Of a stretch of 64,000 nucleotides of DNA, positions 1 to 9,712 are shown piece by piece. The stretch comes from Candidatus Obscuribacteraceae bacterium (GTDB lineage: Bacteria; Cyanobacteriota; Vampirovibrionia; Obscuribacterales; Obscuribacteraceae). Made by a program: the position numbers and the translations under genes. How positions within the stretch are numbered: the stretch's first letter is position 1; the number at the start of each line of letters is the position of its first letter. The notes under the pieces are model-generated. The model was not told the origin of the DNA. It was given only the letters and a program-made list of their open reading frames with translations, and made no database searches. The stretch spans positions 192,001 through 256,000 of the forward strand of contig JBGASG010000007.1 in the NCBI GenBank assembly GCA_044229845.1, written 5' to 3'.

Positions 1-526
1 CGATCAACCAGGCATGCTCCCAAACGTCCATAACCAGAATCGGTTTGAAGCCGGCAACGTTTCCTTCTTCATGCAAAGTAATCCAGTGGTTGGAAAGTGT
101 TTTGGTTTCCGGATCTTGGAACAGCACTGCCCAACCCACACCGCGCATGGCGCCGACTTTGGAGAAGTCGTTTTTCCACACTTCGAGCGAGCTGTAGACT
201 TCGCCGAGTTTCTTGCCGAGTTCGCTTGATTCTTTCAGTTCGGAACCGCCGGTCTTCATGTTGCCGAAGTAGTACTCGTGCAGCACTTTGCCGTTGTATT
301 CGAAGCCGTAGCGACGCTTCAATTCTGCGTATTCAGGAGTGCCGGCTTTGCCTTGTTCGGTCAGTTCGATGACTTTCTCGCACAAGGTGTTGGTGTTCTT
401 GACGTAACCGGCATAAAGGCCGAGGTGAATTTCCAGTGTTTTGTCGGAGATGCCCGTCAGGCCTTTGAGATGGCTGAAGTCTTTCTCGACATATGGCTTG
501 TAAGATATTTTAGTCTGCGTGGTCAT
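1..526 (-). CDS. Fe/Mn superoxide dismutase family protein (3' end runs off the window)
   Basis: Not in the ORF track. Manual minus-strand translation from ATG at 526 gives MTTQTKISYKPYVEKDFSHLKGLTGISDKTLEIHLGLYAGYVKN...LHEYYFGNM...ILVMDVWEHAWLI, containing the SOD DxWEHA motif. Confidence 0.9.
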   Translation of the reverse strand, partial: MTTQTKISYKPYVEKDFSHLKGLTGISDKTLEIHLGLYAGYVKNTNTLCEKVIELTEQGKAGTPEYAELKRRYGFEYNGKVLHEYYFGNMKTGGSELKESSELGKKLGEVYSSLEVWKNDFSKVGAMRGVGWAVLFQDPETKTLSNHWITLHEEGNVAGFKPILVMDVWEHAWLI

Positions 527-648
527 TTATAGCTCCAATCAAGAAGGAAGGAAGATGGAACAGATATCTTTTGGGTCGCTCATAAATACCACAAAACGCT
601 TATCAAGTGGCGCGTCCCGCTAAAATTGCACGGGGAGCTTATGTTCGA

Positions 649-1179
649 ATGCTGAAGCTATACAAGGAGCAAGACGGCGAACTCCTTTATTGGGAGGCGT
701 GGGAAGACGGTCGAGAGATCATCATCCACTGGGGCGTTGTGGGCGATCGCGGCGAAAGTATGGTGGCGCCCTTACCTGAGTTCGAGCCTCCGATGTCGGC
801 GATCGAACAGCATGCGCACGAGGCGCGCATGGCGGGTTTCTTCGAGCGTCGTCCGGAAGATCTGTTCGAGCTGGTGATTCGGTATGAGTTGCCCGGACGA
901 GAGTCGGCCAACGATGTGCAACGGGCGTACGCGATTGAAGAACTGATGGACGAAACGCTGGGCTGGACGGGCAACGGCTACTGTGAAGGAAACGATATCA
1001 GCGACGGCGTCATGCGACTGTATTGCTTCGTGGTGGAACCGCACATAGCCGGACGCACCATCGTTGAAGAGCTGCGGGGAGCCGAGTTCCTGGATGGAGC
1101 GGTGGTCGCGTTCCAGGACCGCGACGAGTCTTTTGTGGTGCTCTGGCCGCTGGATAACAAAAAGGCATTTGAGTTTTAG
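649..1179 (+). CDS. Hypothetical protein with WGR-like N-terminus
   Basis: ORF 607..1179; ATG 649 follows GGGGAG. YWEAW...IIHWGVVGDRG resembles a WGR domain. Confidence 0.6.
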   Translation: MLKLYKEQDGELLYWEAWEDGREIIIHWGVVGDRGESMVAPLPEFEPPMSAIEQHAHEARMAGFFERRPEDLFELVIRYELPGRESANDVQRAYAIEELMDETLGWTGNGYCEGNDISDGVMRLYCFVVEPHIAGRTIVEELRGAEFLDGAVVAFQDRDESFVVLWPLDNKKAFEF

Positions 1180-1229
1180 GGCACCGTACGCGGTGGCGTG
1201 CCTGCTGTCCCGCACCGCATATGGTGCCC
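1179..1229. repeat. Imperfect inverted repeat (GGGCACCGTACGCGGTG ... CACCGCATATGGTGCCC), possible terminator or REP-like hairpin
   Basis: 17-bp arms with 2 mismatches, immediately after the stop codon of 649..1179. Confidence 0.55.
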
Positions 1230-1258
1230 GGATTGCGTGCCTTTCGAGGGACAGAAGC

Positions 1259-1318
1259 AGGCAATGCAGAAGGAGGCAATGCAGAAGGAGGCAATGCAGA
1301 AGGAGGCAATGCAGAAGG
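1259..1318. repeat. Tandem repeat, 4 x 15 bp AGGCAATGCAGAAGG
   Basis: Four exact units at 1259, 1274, 1289 and 1304. Confidence 0.95.
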
Positions 1319-1743
1319 CGCAAAAGAAAGCAGCCGCCCGAGAGAGCGACTGCCAGTTAATCTTTACCCTTATAGGGTCCCTCCTCAGGGGAGGGGTTTC
1401 CAATGCATAGGAAATTAGAAATGGTTTATGTTCTTACGGTTTTGTCTCTAGGCGAGACCTCCATAAAAGCAAATTTCCTGCACACGATTTAAATACCCCA
1501 ATTTCCGCGCAGAGTATGTTGTCTACTTTACAAGTTTGGAAAACTGTTATGCAGACTACGTTTTCGCGGGGGGTTGCACATTGACTGGTTGGAAAATTGC
1601 ATGGTCGAGCCTCCATTTTTCTCTTTATAGGAGGAATACGTATGTACATACATAAGAGGCAGTGTTATATCGTTTCTGGGCTACATCTAATTCGATGAAT
1701 TTCGCCCCTTTTCCGTCAATCATTGCTGCTCGAGCGAGGGTCC

Positions 1744-3042
1744 ATGTTTGTACGAACGTTGAAGCGCACCGTCGACCGGTTGGTGAGTTCCGTGCAGAAG
1801 CGGTTTCTTCTGCCAGTGGTCTGCACGGTGACATTCTTCATCTGGCTCTCTCTCTGCCATGCGCACTACGACAGCTACTGGCAGGGCACGATCTATCGGG
1901 TGCAGACAGTGGATTTCAATATGCTGCACCACACACTGCCGGCAACGCTCTCGTACCTGGTTCTGACCGGGCGTGACGAATCAGTGCAGAAGGTTCTCGA
2001 CTCGACCTACGGCATCTTCGGGTTGGTCGTCACCGACCCCAGCGGCAACGAAATTCTCTACAAGACAAAAGCTGTCTACAAGCGTGAGCACTGGCAGAAG
2101 ATGGTTTCAGTCGACTATTTGAAGCAGATCAAAGAACCCTACGATCTGCTTACCGACCCGCCTCCCGGCAGTTCCACCCATGTGCATGTGACGCCGCGGA
2201 TGACCGACACCAAAGATTTGTCGGACCAACCGCAGGGGAGAGTGCTGGGACGTGTCTATTACTTGCGCGGGCTGCCGCCCACTTTCGCAGAAGATTTGCT
2301 GGGTGCGGTGTTCAGCAACTGGATGGAGATGAGCGGCTCCAAGCGGGGCTACGTCGTGCTGACGATGGCCGTGCTCGGCTTCGCAACGTCATTCGTCTTG
2401 CTTGTCCTCTTCCGTCAACGGTCGCTTGAACTGAAGCAGAAAGAACTGAAGTCTCGCGAGAGCGAACTCGCCATCCGGCGCAAAGCTCTTGAACAGCTCA
2501 ACGCCGATATCGCATCGCAGAGACAGCGCAAAGAGTGGCTGGAGTCTGAGTCTGAGATGGCGTATCGCCGAGCTCTGGCTTTAAAAGAGTCGTTGCAGCG
2601 TCTCAAAGAGATGTTCTTTGCCGTAGACATGCGTCCGGGAGCGCCCGGGCAGGCCGCTGCCCCAACCAGCACTCAGGCTACTCCAGCCGGTCCGGTACAT
2701 GTGCGTCCACCCTTGCATCCGGCCTCTTCACTGATTGAAGAGATTGAGGGATTGCTCCCTGACCTGGCCAACAATGCCAAGATTTTGAGATCTCAAGCCG
2801 AGGTTCTGCAAAGCTATTGCTCGCAGCTGGAACTGCGCCAGTCCGAGATGCAGCAAGTTCTCAAAATGAGAGAAGCGACTATTTCCGAACAGGTACGTCA
2901 AGCTCAAGCAAATGCTGGGCAGAATATGATGGGTGGCCCCCCTGCCTCAGGCGCATCTAACTCGGTGCATCAAGCCGTTCCGCCTCAGGTAAATGTCCAT
3001 CCCGACCCGGTTATACGGAGCGTGCGCCAAGACCGGCGCTGA
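1744..3042 (+). CDS. Hypothetical two-TM membrane protein with an extracytoplasmic domain and a cytoplasmic coiled coil
   Basis: 439-aa ORF with hydrophobic segments LLPVVCTVTFFIWLSL and YVVLTMAVLGFATSFVLLVLF, followed by a heptad-rich E/K/R/L region. Confidence 0.75.
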   Translation: MFVRTLKRTVDRLVSSVQKRFLLPVVCTVTFFIWLSLCHAHYDSYWQGTIYRVQTVDFNMLHHTLPATLSYLVLTGRDESVQKVLDSTYGIFGLVVTDPSGNEILYKTKAVYKREHWQKMVSVDYLKQIKEPYDLLTDPPPGSSTHVHVTPRMTDTKDLSDQPQGRVLGRVYYLRGLPPTFAEDLLGAVFSNWMEMSGSKRGYVVLTMAVLGFATSFVLLVLFRQRSLELKQKELKSRESELAIRRKALEQLNADIASQRQRKEWLESESEMAYRRALALKESLQRLKEMFFAVDMRPGAPGQAAAPTSTQATPAGPVHVRPPLHPASSLIEEIEGLLPDLANNAKILRSQAEVLQSYCSQLELRQSEMQQVLKMREATISEQVRQAQANAGQNMMGGPPASGASNSVHQAVPPQVNVHPDPVIRSVRQDRR

Positions 3043-3218
3043 GGCGAGAGTTTACGGAAGACGTAAAACCCCTTGGCCTTCGCGATTGATCTTTGCGCGG
3101 ACGTGATAAAGTGTATATCGCCGGGCAAGATGCTGTCCTCGCATCCGTTATGGGTGCCGAGGAGGGCGGATTCCTTTATCAGGCGTGCCCGCAGGGTGGA
3201 TAGGATAACAGGCGCTCA

Positions 3219-6200
3219 ATGAAGCCTCCTTCGAAAACACGTACGCAGCTTTCCCTTCAATCAGTTCAGGACGCGAGCAGTCCGCCCGTTTACCGACGGG
3301 GCGTCCAGTATTATCGCCGCAAGAAAGTTCTGAAGTACGAAGAGCAAAACGATGGTGCCCACATGGAGGCACTGGTGATCGGCTCTGAACCTCAGCCGTA
3401 CAAAGTGATCGCCGACATCGAAGGCCCCGATAAGTTCAAAGCAGTCTGCTCCTGTCCCTATTTCGAAGAGGTCTGCAAACATTCGGTTGCTGTTCTGCTC
3501 ACGCACATCGCCCGCAGTTTTCCCGGCATGCGCTTCGATATGGCCGAACCCGACCGCGGTCGGGACGGGTATCAAGAGCCGATCACCCGCGCTCGCGACT
3601 TGCTCGACGACGCCAAAACCATTCAAGGTCTGGTAATCGCTAATAAGGAGGAGCCGGAGTTCTCACTGGGCGCCCTCGTCCTCGAAAAACCACTGGCATT
3701 GATCATCGGCACGCTGCCTCTGAAAGTGGAAGGCAAGGTCAATATTTTGAAAGTGCCGGAGCCGATGGTGAATGCGCTGCCCGACGGCTCACGCATCCAC
3801 CGTCTGGTCAAATATTTGTTGGGTTTGCCGCAAGCTACCAAAGGATCGGCCGGCGGTCATCGGATTCCGCGCGGCGATGAAGGCATAGTGATCGGGCACA
3901 TCGGCTTGTGCGCCAAACTGGTCGGCGCCACCGACGGCAAAGAAATAGGCTTCTCCAAAACTTATGTGAAACCGCGAATCGTCATATCCGAGACCGAAAA
4001 CGGCGAGCTGGCGATCAAGCTGAAAGCCGTGAACGAAGCAGCCAATGAAGTCATGGAAGACGCGGTCTTTTTCCTGGGGCAACCGTCCTGGGTGATGTCC
4101 GGCAAGATGTTTCATCCAATTGATCTCAGCCCCATTCACAGGCTGTTCCAGTTCTTCGATTCCCGCGGCAATATGACCGTCAAGCTGGAAACCGTACCAA
4201 AGTTTCTTGCCGTCGACTTGCCCATTTTGAAGAAACGCATGGAAGTCGAGCTGGACGAAACCCAAGCACCATTCCCGGTGGCAATCACCGAACCTCCGCA
4301 AGTCGTGATCAAACTGGGTGAGCGCCGCGCCAGCCGCAATGCTACCGGCACTACCGCCAATCAGCTGGCGCCGGAGCTGGAATGCATCCTCGGTTTCCGT
4401 TACGGCAATCTCGTCATGCCGTCGCGTGATGAAACCAGCGCCGTCGAAGCAGAACTCTATACGCGCACCATCTCCGACAGCGGTCAGAGCGTCTGGGTCA
4501 AGCGCCTCTGGGATCAGGAAGGGCAGGTCCGTCGTTTCCTTTCCAACCTCAATCCTTCCAGAACTCTCGCCGACCGCTTCTTCTATTTAGAAGAGCCGGC
4601 CCTGGATGTTCTCTATTACCTTTCTACCGAACAGTGCACCGACTGGGACCTGACCGGACGGGACGATCTGCAGTTCTACAAAGTCTCCCGCAAGCCGGTT
4701 CATCTCAAAGCCATCCTCTCGCTCAAAAAGGACGCTTACAAGTTCGAGTTCGAGTTGCAAGCGAAAGACGAGGAGAGCGGCGAATTTCTGCCGTTCTTCA
4801 GCGTCATCGAAGCCGTCTTCCGCAACCGCAACTATCTCAAGATTGCCAACGGGAATAACGTGCGTTTGCCGGTGACGATGTTGCTCAGCGTCATGAAGGC
4901 GATCGGGCAGAGCAAAGAATCGGCGCGCCCCCTCTACCAGGCGCTGCCCATTGCCCACACTCTGGAAACGCATGGCATCGAGATCGAAGCCGATGAGGGC
5001 TTTAAAGAGTTCATTTTCAAACTGAGAAACTTCAACCAGCTCGAACCGATCGGCGTGCCATCCGACTTTGTCGGCACGTTGCGCGAATACCAGCATGAAG
5101 GTTTCAACTGGCTGGTTTTCCTCCGTGAATACGGTCTGGGCGGCATTCTTGCAGACGACATGGGTTTGGGTAAAACCATCCAGGCTTTGACGTTGCTGCT
5201 CTTCCATCACAAGAACGGCAAGCAACGCAACCCGTCGCTGGTGGTGGCACCAACTTCCGTGGTCTACAACTGGTTGTCGGAAGCCGAGAAATTCTCACCC
5301 AAACTGAACACGGCTCTGTTCCTGGGACGCGACCGTACCGACCTGCTCAACAAGCTGAAGAAAGACAAGGGCAAGCCCGATGTAATCTTCACCACTTACG
5401 GTATCATTCGCCGCGACTGGGAAACTCTCAAAGAATTCCAATTCGACTACCTGATTCTCGATGAAGCGCAAAACATCAAGAACCCGGAATCTGTGGGAGC
5501 GCAAGCATCTAAGAGCCTGAAGGCATTGCACCGCCTGGCTCTTTCCGGTACGCCGGTAGAAAACCGACTGAAGGAACTCTGGTCGATCTTCGACTTCTTG
5601 ATGCCGGATTTCCTGGGTACATATCGCGAGTTCAACGAAAACTTCGAGCGCCCGATCGAACTGGGCACCGGCGAGTCAGGAACCAAACTGCGCAAGATCG
5701 TCCATCCCTTTATCTTGCGCCGCCTGAAGAGCCAGGTTGAGAAGGACCTGCCGGAAAAAACCGACATCATCAGTCTCTGCGAAATGGAAGACGAACAGCG
5801 CTCCCTTTATCTGGATGTGCTGGACGAATGCCGGCAGAAAGTCTTCGGCGAAATTGCCAACAAAGGCATCAAGCGCTCGCAAATCAGCGTGCTCGCCGCA
5901 CTCTTGCGCTTACGTCAAGTCTGCTGCGACCCGCGTTTGCTCAAGAATCGCGAGCCTGGAGACGCCGTTCCCAACTCCGCCAAGCTGGACACACTTGTCG
6001 AGATGCTGGATGAGGTCACCAACTCCGGACACAAAATCCTGGTCTTCAGTCAGTTCGTGGAAATGCTCAGCTTGATCGAAGACGAACTGAAGAAATCCGG
6101 CTACATCTACGAATACATCGATGGTCAGACTCCTGCAAAAGAACGTCTCGACCGCGTCAACAAATTCAACGCCGACCCGAATATTCCGATCTTCCTGATT

Positions 6201-6491
6201 TCACTTAAAGCAGGCGGCACCGGTTTGAACTTGACCGGCGCAGATTACGTCATCCATTACGATCCCTGGTGGAACCCTGCGGTGGAAAACCAGGCTACCG
6301 ACCGGGCTCACCGTATCGGACAAACCAAGCACGTCTTCAACTATAAGCTGATTACGCGCGGCTCAGTGGAAGAGAAGATTCTTGCCTTGCAGAAGAAGAA
6401 AAAGGAACTGGCGGAGATGGTCATTGGCGGTGACGAAAACGTAGCCAAGGAACTGACGCGCGAAGATCTGGAATTCCTGTTCTCGTTCTAA
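3219..6491 (+). CDS. SWIM zinc-finger SNF2-family helicase/ATPase
   Basis: CSCP...CKH SWIM motif; LADDMGLGKT, DEAQ, SGTPVEN, SLKAGGTGLNL, DPWWNP and QATDRAHRIGQ helicase motifs. Confidence 0.95.
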   Translation: MKPPSKTRTQLSLQSVQDASSPPVYRRGVQYYRRKKVLKYEEQNDGAHMEALVIGSEPQPYKVIADIEGPDKFKAVCSCPYFEEVCKHSVAVLLTHIARSFPGMRFDMAEPDRGRDGYQEPITRARDLLDDAKTIQGLVIANKEEPEFSLGALVLEKPLALIIGTLPLKVEGKVNILKVPEPMVNALPDGSRIHRLVKYLLGLPQATKGSAGGHRIPRGDEGIVIGHIGLCAKLVGATDGKEIGFSKTYVKPRIVISETENGELAIKLKAVNEAANEVMEDAVFFLGQPSWVMSGKMFHPIDLSPIHRLFQFFDSRGNMTVKLETVPKFLAVDLPILKKRMEVELDETQAPFPVAITEPPQVVIKLGERRASRNATGTTANQLAPELECILGFRYGNLVMPSRDETSAVEAELYTRTISDSGQSVWVKRLWDQEGQVRRFLSNLNPSRTLADRFFYLEEPALDVLYYLSTEQCTDWDLTGRDDLQFYKVSRKPVHLKAILSLKKDAYKFEFELQAKDEESGEFLPFFSVIEAVFRNRNYLKIANGNNVRLPVTMLLSVMKAIGQSKESARPLYQALPIAHTLETHGIEIEADEGFKEFIFKLRNFNQLEPIGVPSDFVGTLREYQHEGFNWLVFLREYGLGGILADDMGLGKTIQALTLLLFHHKNGKQRNPSLVVAPTSVVYNWLSEAEKFSPKLNTALFLGRDRTDLLNKLKKDKGKPDVIFTTYGIIRRDWETLKEFQFDYLILDEAQNIKNPESVGAQASKSLKALHRLALSGTPVENRLKELWSIFDFLMPDFLGTYREFNENFERPIELGTGESGTKLRKIVHPFILRRLKSQVEKDLPEKTDIISLCEMEDEQRSLYLDVLDECRQKVFGEIANKGIKRSQISVLAALLRLRQVCCDPRLLKNREPGDAVPNSAKLDTLVEMLDEVTNSGHKILVFSQFVEMLSLIEDELKKSGYIYEYIDGQTPAKERLDRVNKFNADPNIPIFLISLKAGGTGLNLTGADYVIHYDPWWNPAVENQATDRAHRIGQTKHVFNYKLITRGSVEEKILALQKKKKELAEMVIGGDENVAKELTREDLEFLFSF

Positions 6492-6976
6492 TGAAAAAAT
6501 CGTACGACGCCTCGAAGATCAAGCCAATTCCCGGTGCGCAGGTGGCTGTCGTTCAGGCTTCCTGGCATAAAGATCACACCGATCGCATGGTGGAGGCTTC
6601 GCGGGAGATTCTCGAGCAGGCTCAGTGCTCGGCTGTCGATGTTTTTGTGGTGCCCGGCAGCTATGAGATTCCGCTGACTGCCAAGAAACTGGCGGCGCTC
6701 GGCAAGTACGATGCAATTTTCGTTTACGGCATCATTGTCAAAGGCGAAACCGATCACTATGACGTGATTGTGCAGACTTGCATTCGCGAATTGGGCAAAG
6801 TCATGTATGACTTCGAAGTGCCGATTATCATGGAGATTTTGCCGGTCCACGATATCGAACATGCAATCGCTCGCACCCAGGGTGACCACAATAAGGGCAT
6901 CGAAGCCGCTCTTGCCGCAATTGATCTGATTGTTCTTTATCGCCAGATAGAAGCCGGTCGCGCGGTGCGCACGTAG
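6491..6976 (+). CDS. ribH: 6,7-dimethyl-8-ribityllumazine synthase
   Basis: VPGSYEIP, KGETDHYD and NKGIEAALAA motifs. Confidence 0.92.
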   Translation: MKKSYDASKIKPIPGAQVAVVQASWHKDHTDRMVEASREILEQAQCSAVDVFVVPGSYEIPLTAKKLAALGKYDAIFVYGIIVKGETDHYDVIVQTCIRELGKVMYDFEVPIIMEILPVHDIEHAIARTQGDHNKGIEAALAAIDLIVLYRQIEAGRAVRT

Positions 6977-6999
6977 AACGGCAGCCCAATTGAGGGGAG

Positions 7000-8940
7000 T
7001 TAAGCTCTACCGAAGCGGTTGTGCTGAAGCGCCTCCTGGTAAGCACGCTCCGCAAATGCTGCACGAGTCAGCTTGTCACCAGCTTTTGACGGTGCAGGCT
7101 TCCCCGTGACGCGGCGCAAAATTGCGTCGGCTTCAGCAGGATCGATCAGAGATTCTGGTTGAAAGTCCAGCGCATCTCCACGGGCAGACCACAGTCCCGT
7201 CTGCGAAAGAAACTGAATCGCGGCGAACTGCGGGTGCGTGACGGGAACATCGGCAAACCAGAAGATCGGAGCGCCGACAGCCAGCAATTGGTTCTGGACG
7301 GTGCGCAGTTTCTTTCTATTTTTCAAAACCTGCTCGGGTGTAGTTAGGTGTTGCAAGCAGTATGCTGCGACGATACCGGCGGCTTCTCCGATTGCCCACT
7401 CGACCGGATGCAATCGATAGGCACCGTTGGTGACGTGCGTCGTGCCGATGTTTTTGCAGGCCGGCAGGAAGTTGGTCACCGGGCGCTGAATCATCGACGC
7501 GAGTGGAATCTGAAATGGTCTGGCGGGCTGTGCAGCGCCCGGCACATCCTGGTGTCCGTGGATATCAATCGGATAGTGTCCGATGCCGATCGAGTCTACG
7601 GCATGTTTTGCTCGCGCATCACCGGTGGTGGCAACGGACTGGTCGGCGCCGTGGTCGACACTCTTTCCACCCACCACATCCTCTTCTTTGATGGTGGAGA
7701 GAGCCTTTATCCGTCTTGATTCGCGGATATACGGATATTTCGAAAGCCCGTCGGTGGTGCCGAGCAGATCCGGGCGCAACCTCATTTCAGGATAGCCTTC
7801 CCCGCCGTCGTCGCGCGGTGCCTTGGTTTGCAACCAGTAAAGGAAACCGAGACTCAATGCCTTGCCGAGAGCCAGTCTGCGTGCCATGTCCTGGTTGGTC
7901 TGGTCGATGATGTTTTCGCCGCGCAGATCATGCGCTTCCCAATTGATCATCGATATGTCGTGAGGCCATTTGTTGCCGGTGAATTTGGCTGCGGCGATCA
8001 AACGCCTGTAACTCCAGAAGGGCAGCTTGCCGGCATGGTTCTCGAACATCTTAAAGCCGAGCAGCGAGAACTTGCCTGCCCGCTGGAACTCTTCGTAATG
8101 GGGTGGTTGTGGAATCAGATTTTCCGCTTTGCTATCCGGGCTCCACTCCAGGATGAAGGGATAGGTGAAGTCCTGAACGTTCTCTGGGTTGGCAGTTTGC
8201 GGTGCATGCGCTTCACCTGTTTCCTGGCGGGATTCGGCGCCGCTTGCATAAGCAACAGAAAGCAGAGGCAACAAGTCTCCCAGCTCAGTTGCGTCGATCA
8301 GGAAACGGCAGCGCAACTCAGTGAACTTGCCGGTATCGAGATTGACGACCAGAACTGCAGTGGCGCGGCGCCCTTTGAGTTTGGCTTCCAGCACCTTTGC
8401 TCGGGGCAGGATGGTAATTTTTCCTTTTGGCGCGTGCCGCTCGATTAGTTTTGTCAGCGCCTCCAGTCCCACATCAGCTTCAAAGGAGAGCCGGCTCACC
8501 CAGCAATCGCCGGCATTGAGCAGCTCCGCCGCCGGTCCGGTTTTTTCTTTGAGAAACTGCCGGTAAAAGCCTCGCAGTTCTTCGCGCAATTCCAGATACA
8601 ACTGCGTGCCACCACTGGTCTCTATCCACGGATTCTCGTCCGGTGCGGAGACACCTTGCGCGGTCATCTGCCCGCCCAGCCAATCGGTTTCTTCCGCGAT
8701 AGCCACGGTCAGCCCGGCTTGCGCTGCTCTGATCGCTGCTGCGACGCCGCCCATGCCACCGCCGGCGACGACGATTTGGAAGTTTCTGACCTTAGGCTTT
8801 CTGGTTAGCGAAAACTTTTTGATTCCGGCCGCCGGGTCTGCGGCGTTGACATTCTGAACATCTACCACTTCGAAGATGCGCGTGCCGTCGCGCTCGACCT
8901 GGGCTGCGCAAGAGCGTGTCGTTTCTTTGAGGATGGGCAT
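7000..8940 (-). CDS. FAD-dependent oxidoreductase
   Basis: VVAGGGMGG dinucleotide-binding motif, LGGQMTAQGV, IDATELGD, YIRESRR, THVTNGAYRLHP; the C-terminus FADVPVTHP is SLH-like. Confidence 0.85.
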   Translation of the reverse strand: MPILKETTRSCAAQVERDGTRIFEVVDVQNVNAADPAAGIKKFSLTRKPKVRNFQIVVAGGGMGGVAAAIRAAQAGLTVAIAEETDWLGGQMTAQGVSAPDENPWIETSGGTQLYLELREELRGFYRQFLKEKTGPAAELLNAGDCWVSRLSFEADVGLEALTKLIERHAPKGKITILPRAKVLEAKLKGRRATAVLVVNLDTGKFTELRCRFLIDATELGDLLPLLSVAYASGAESRQETGEAHAPQTANPENVQDFTYPFILEWSPDSKAENLIPQPPHYEEFQRAGKFSLLGFKMFENHAGKLPFWSYRRLIAAAKFTGNKWPHDISMINWEAHDLRGENIIDQTNQDMARRLALGKALSLGFLYWLQTKAPRDDGGEGYPEMRLRPDLLGTTDGLSKYPYIRESRRIKALSTIKEEDVVGGKSVDHGADQSVATTGDARAKHAVDSIGIGHYPIDIHGHQDVPGAAQPARPFQIPLASMIQRPVTNFLPACKNIGTTHVTNGAYRLHPVEWAIGEAAGIVAAYCLQHLTTPEQVLKNRKKLRTVQNQLLAVGAPIFWFADVPVTHPQFAAIQFLSQTGLWSARGDALDFQPESLIDPAEADAILRRVTGKPAPSKAGDKLTRAAFAERAYQEALQHNRFGRA

Positions 8941-9099
8941 GGTTTTGAATCGGTTAGAGTTTCAGTCAGGCACGCCAATACTACTAAAGTTGAAGCGAAA
9001 TTGCTGATACAATGCGCGAGCCGTGCAGGCTCCCTGCCTGTCAACAGTCAGCTTTCAATCCGCGGTCCCGGTACTGTCGGCTCATATAAGGAATGTGAT

Positions 9100-9693
9100 A
9101 TGCAAGCCACTCTGGCTCCTGAGAAGACATCCGCACTCAAAGTCAGCGACGATGTCATCAAGCGCGCCGCCAAAATTCGTCTCGTGTTGATGGATGTCGA
9201 CGGCGTGATGACGGACGGCAAACTTTTCTATCATCCCGGTGCCGACGGCGTCATGTACGAGACCAAGGGCTTCAATTCTCATGACGGCATCGGATTGCAT
9301 CTGGCTTACGCCGCCGGCATCGCCACCGGTTTGATCAGCGGACGCACATCACCCGGCACCGTGGAGCGCGCTCGCATCTTGAACATGAAGTATGTTTATC
9401 AGGGTCTTCTAGCCAAGGAAGAAACCTACGAGGATGTTCTGAAAGACGCCGGACTGCAAGCGGAGCAGACCGCCTTCATCGGTGATGATTTCACCGATTG
9501 CCGGCTGATGATGAGGTCGGGGCTGGGCGTGGCTGTTGCAAACGCGCGCAGTGAAGTTCGCCAGGTGGCGCATTATGTCACCACTGCCCGTGGTGGCGAG
9601 GGGGCCGTCCGCGAAGTCATGGAAGTGATCTTCCAGGCGCAAGGGCTCTGGCCCGACATGCTAGCCAAGTACGGGTTGGAATCAGCTTTGTAG
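9100..9693 (+). CDS. kdsC: KDO-8-phosphate phosphatase (KdsC/YrbI HAD family)
   Basis: MDVDGVMTDG, IGDDFTD and GGEGAVRE motifs; ATG 9100 follows AAGGA. Confidence 0.9.
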   Translation: MQATLAPEKTSALKVSDDVIKRAAKIRLVLMDVDGVMTDGKLFYHPGADGVMYETKGFNSHDGIGLHLAYAAGIATGLISGRTSPGTVERARILNMKYVYQGLLAKEETYEDVLKDAGLQAEQTAFIGDDFTDCRLMMRSGLGVAVANARSEVRQVAHYVTTARGGEGAVREVMEVIFQAQGLWPDMLAKYGLESAL

Positions 9694-9712
9694 TTCGGTT
9701 GCAGTTTCTGGT

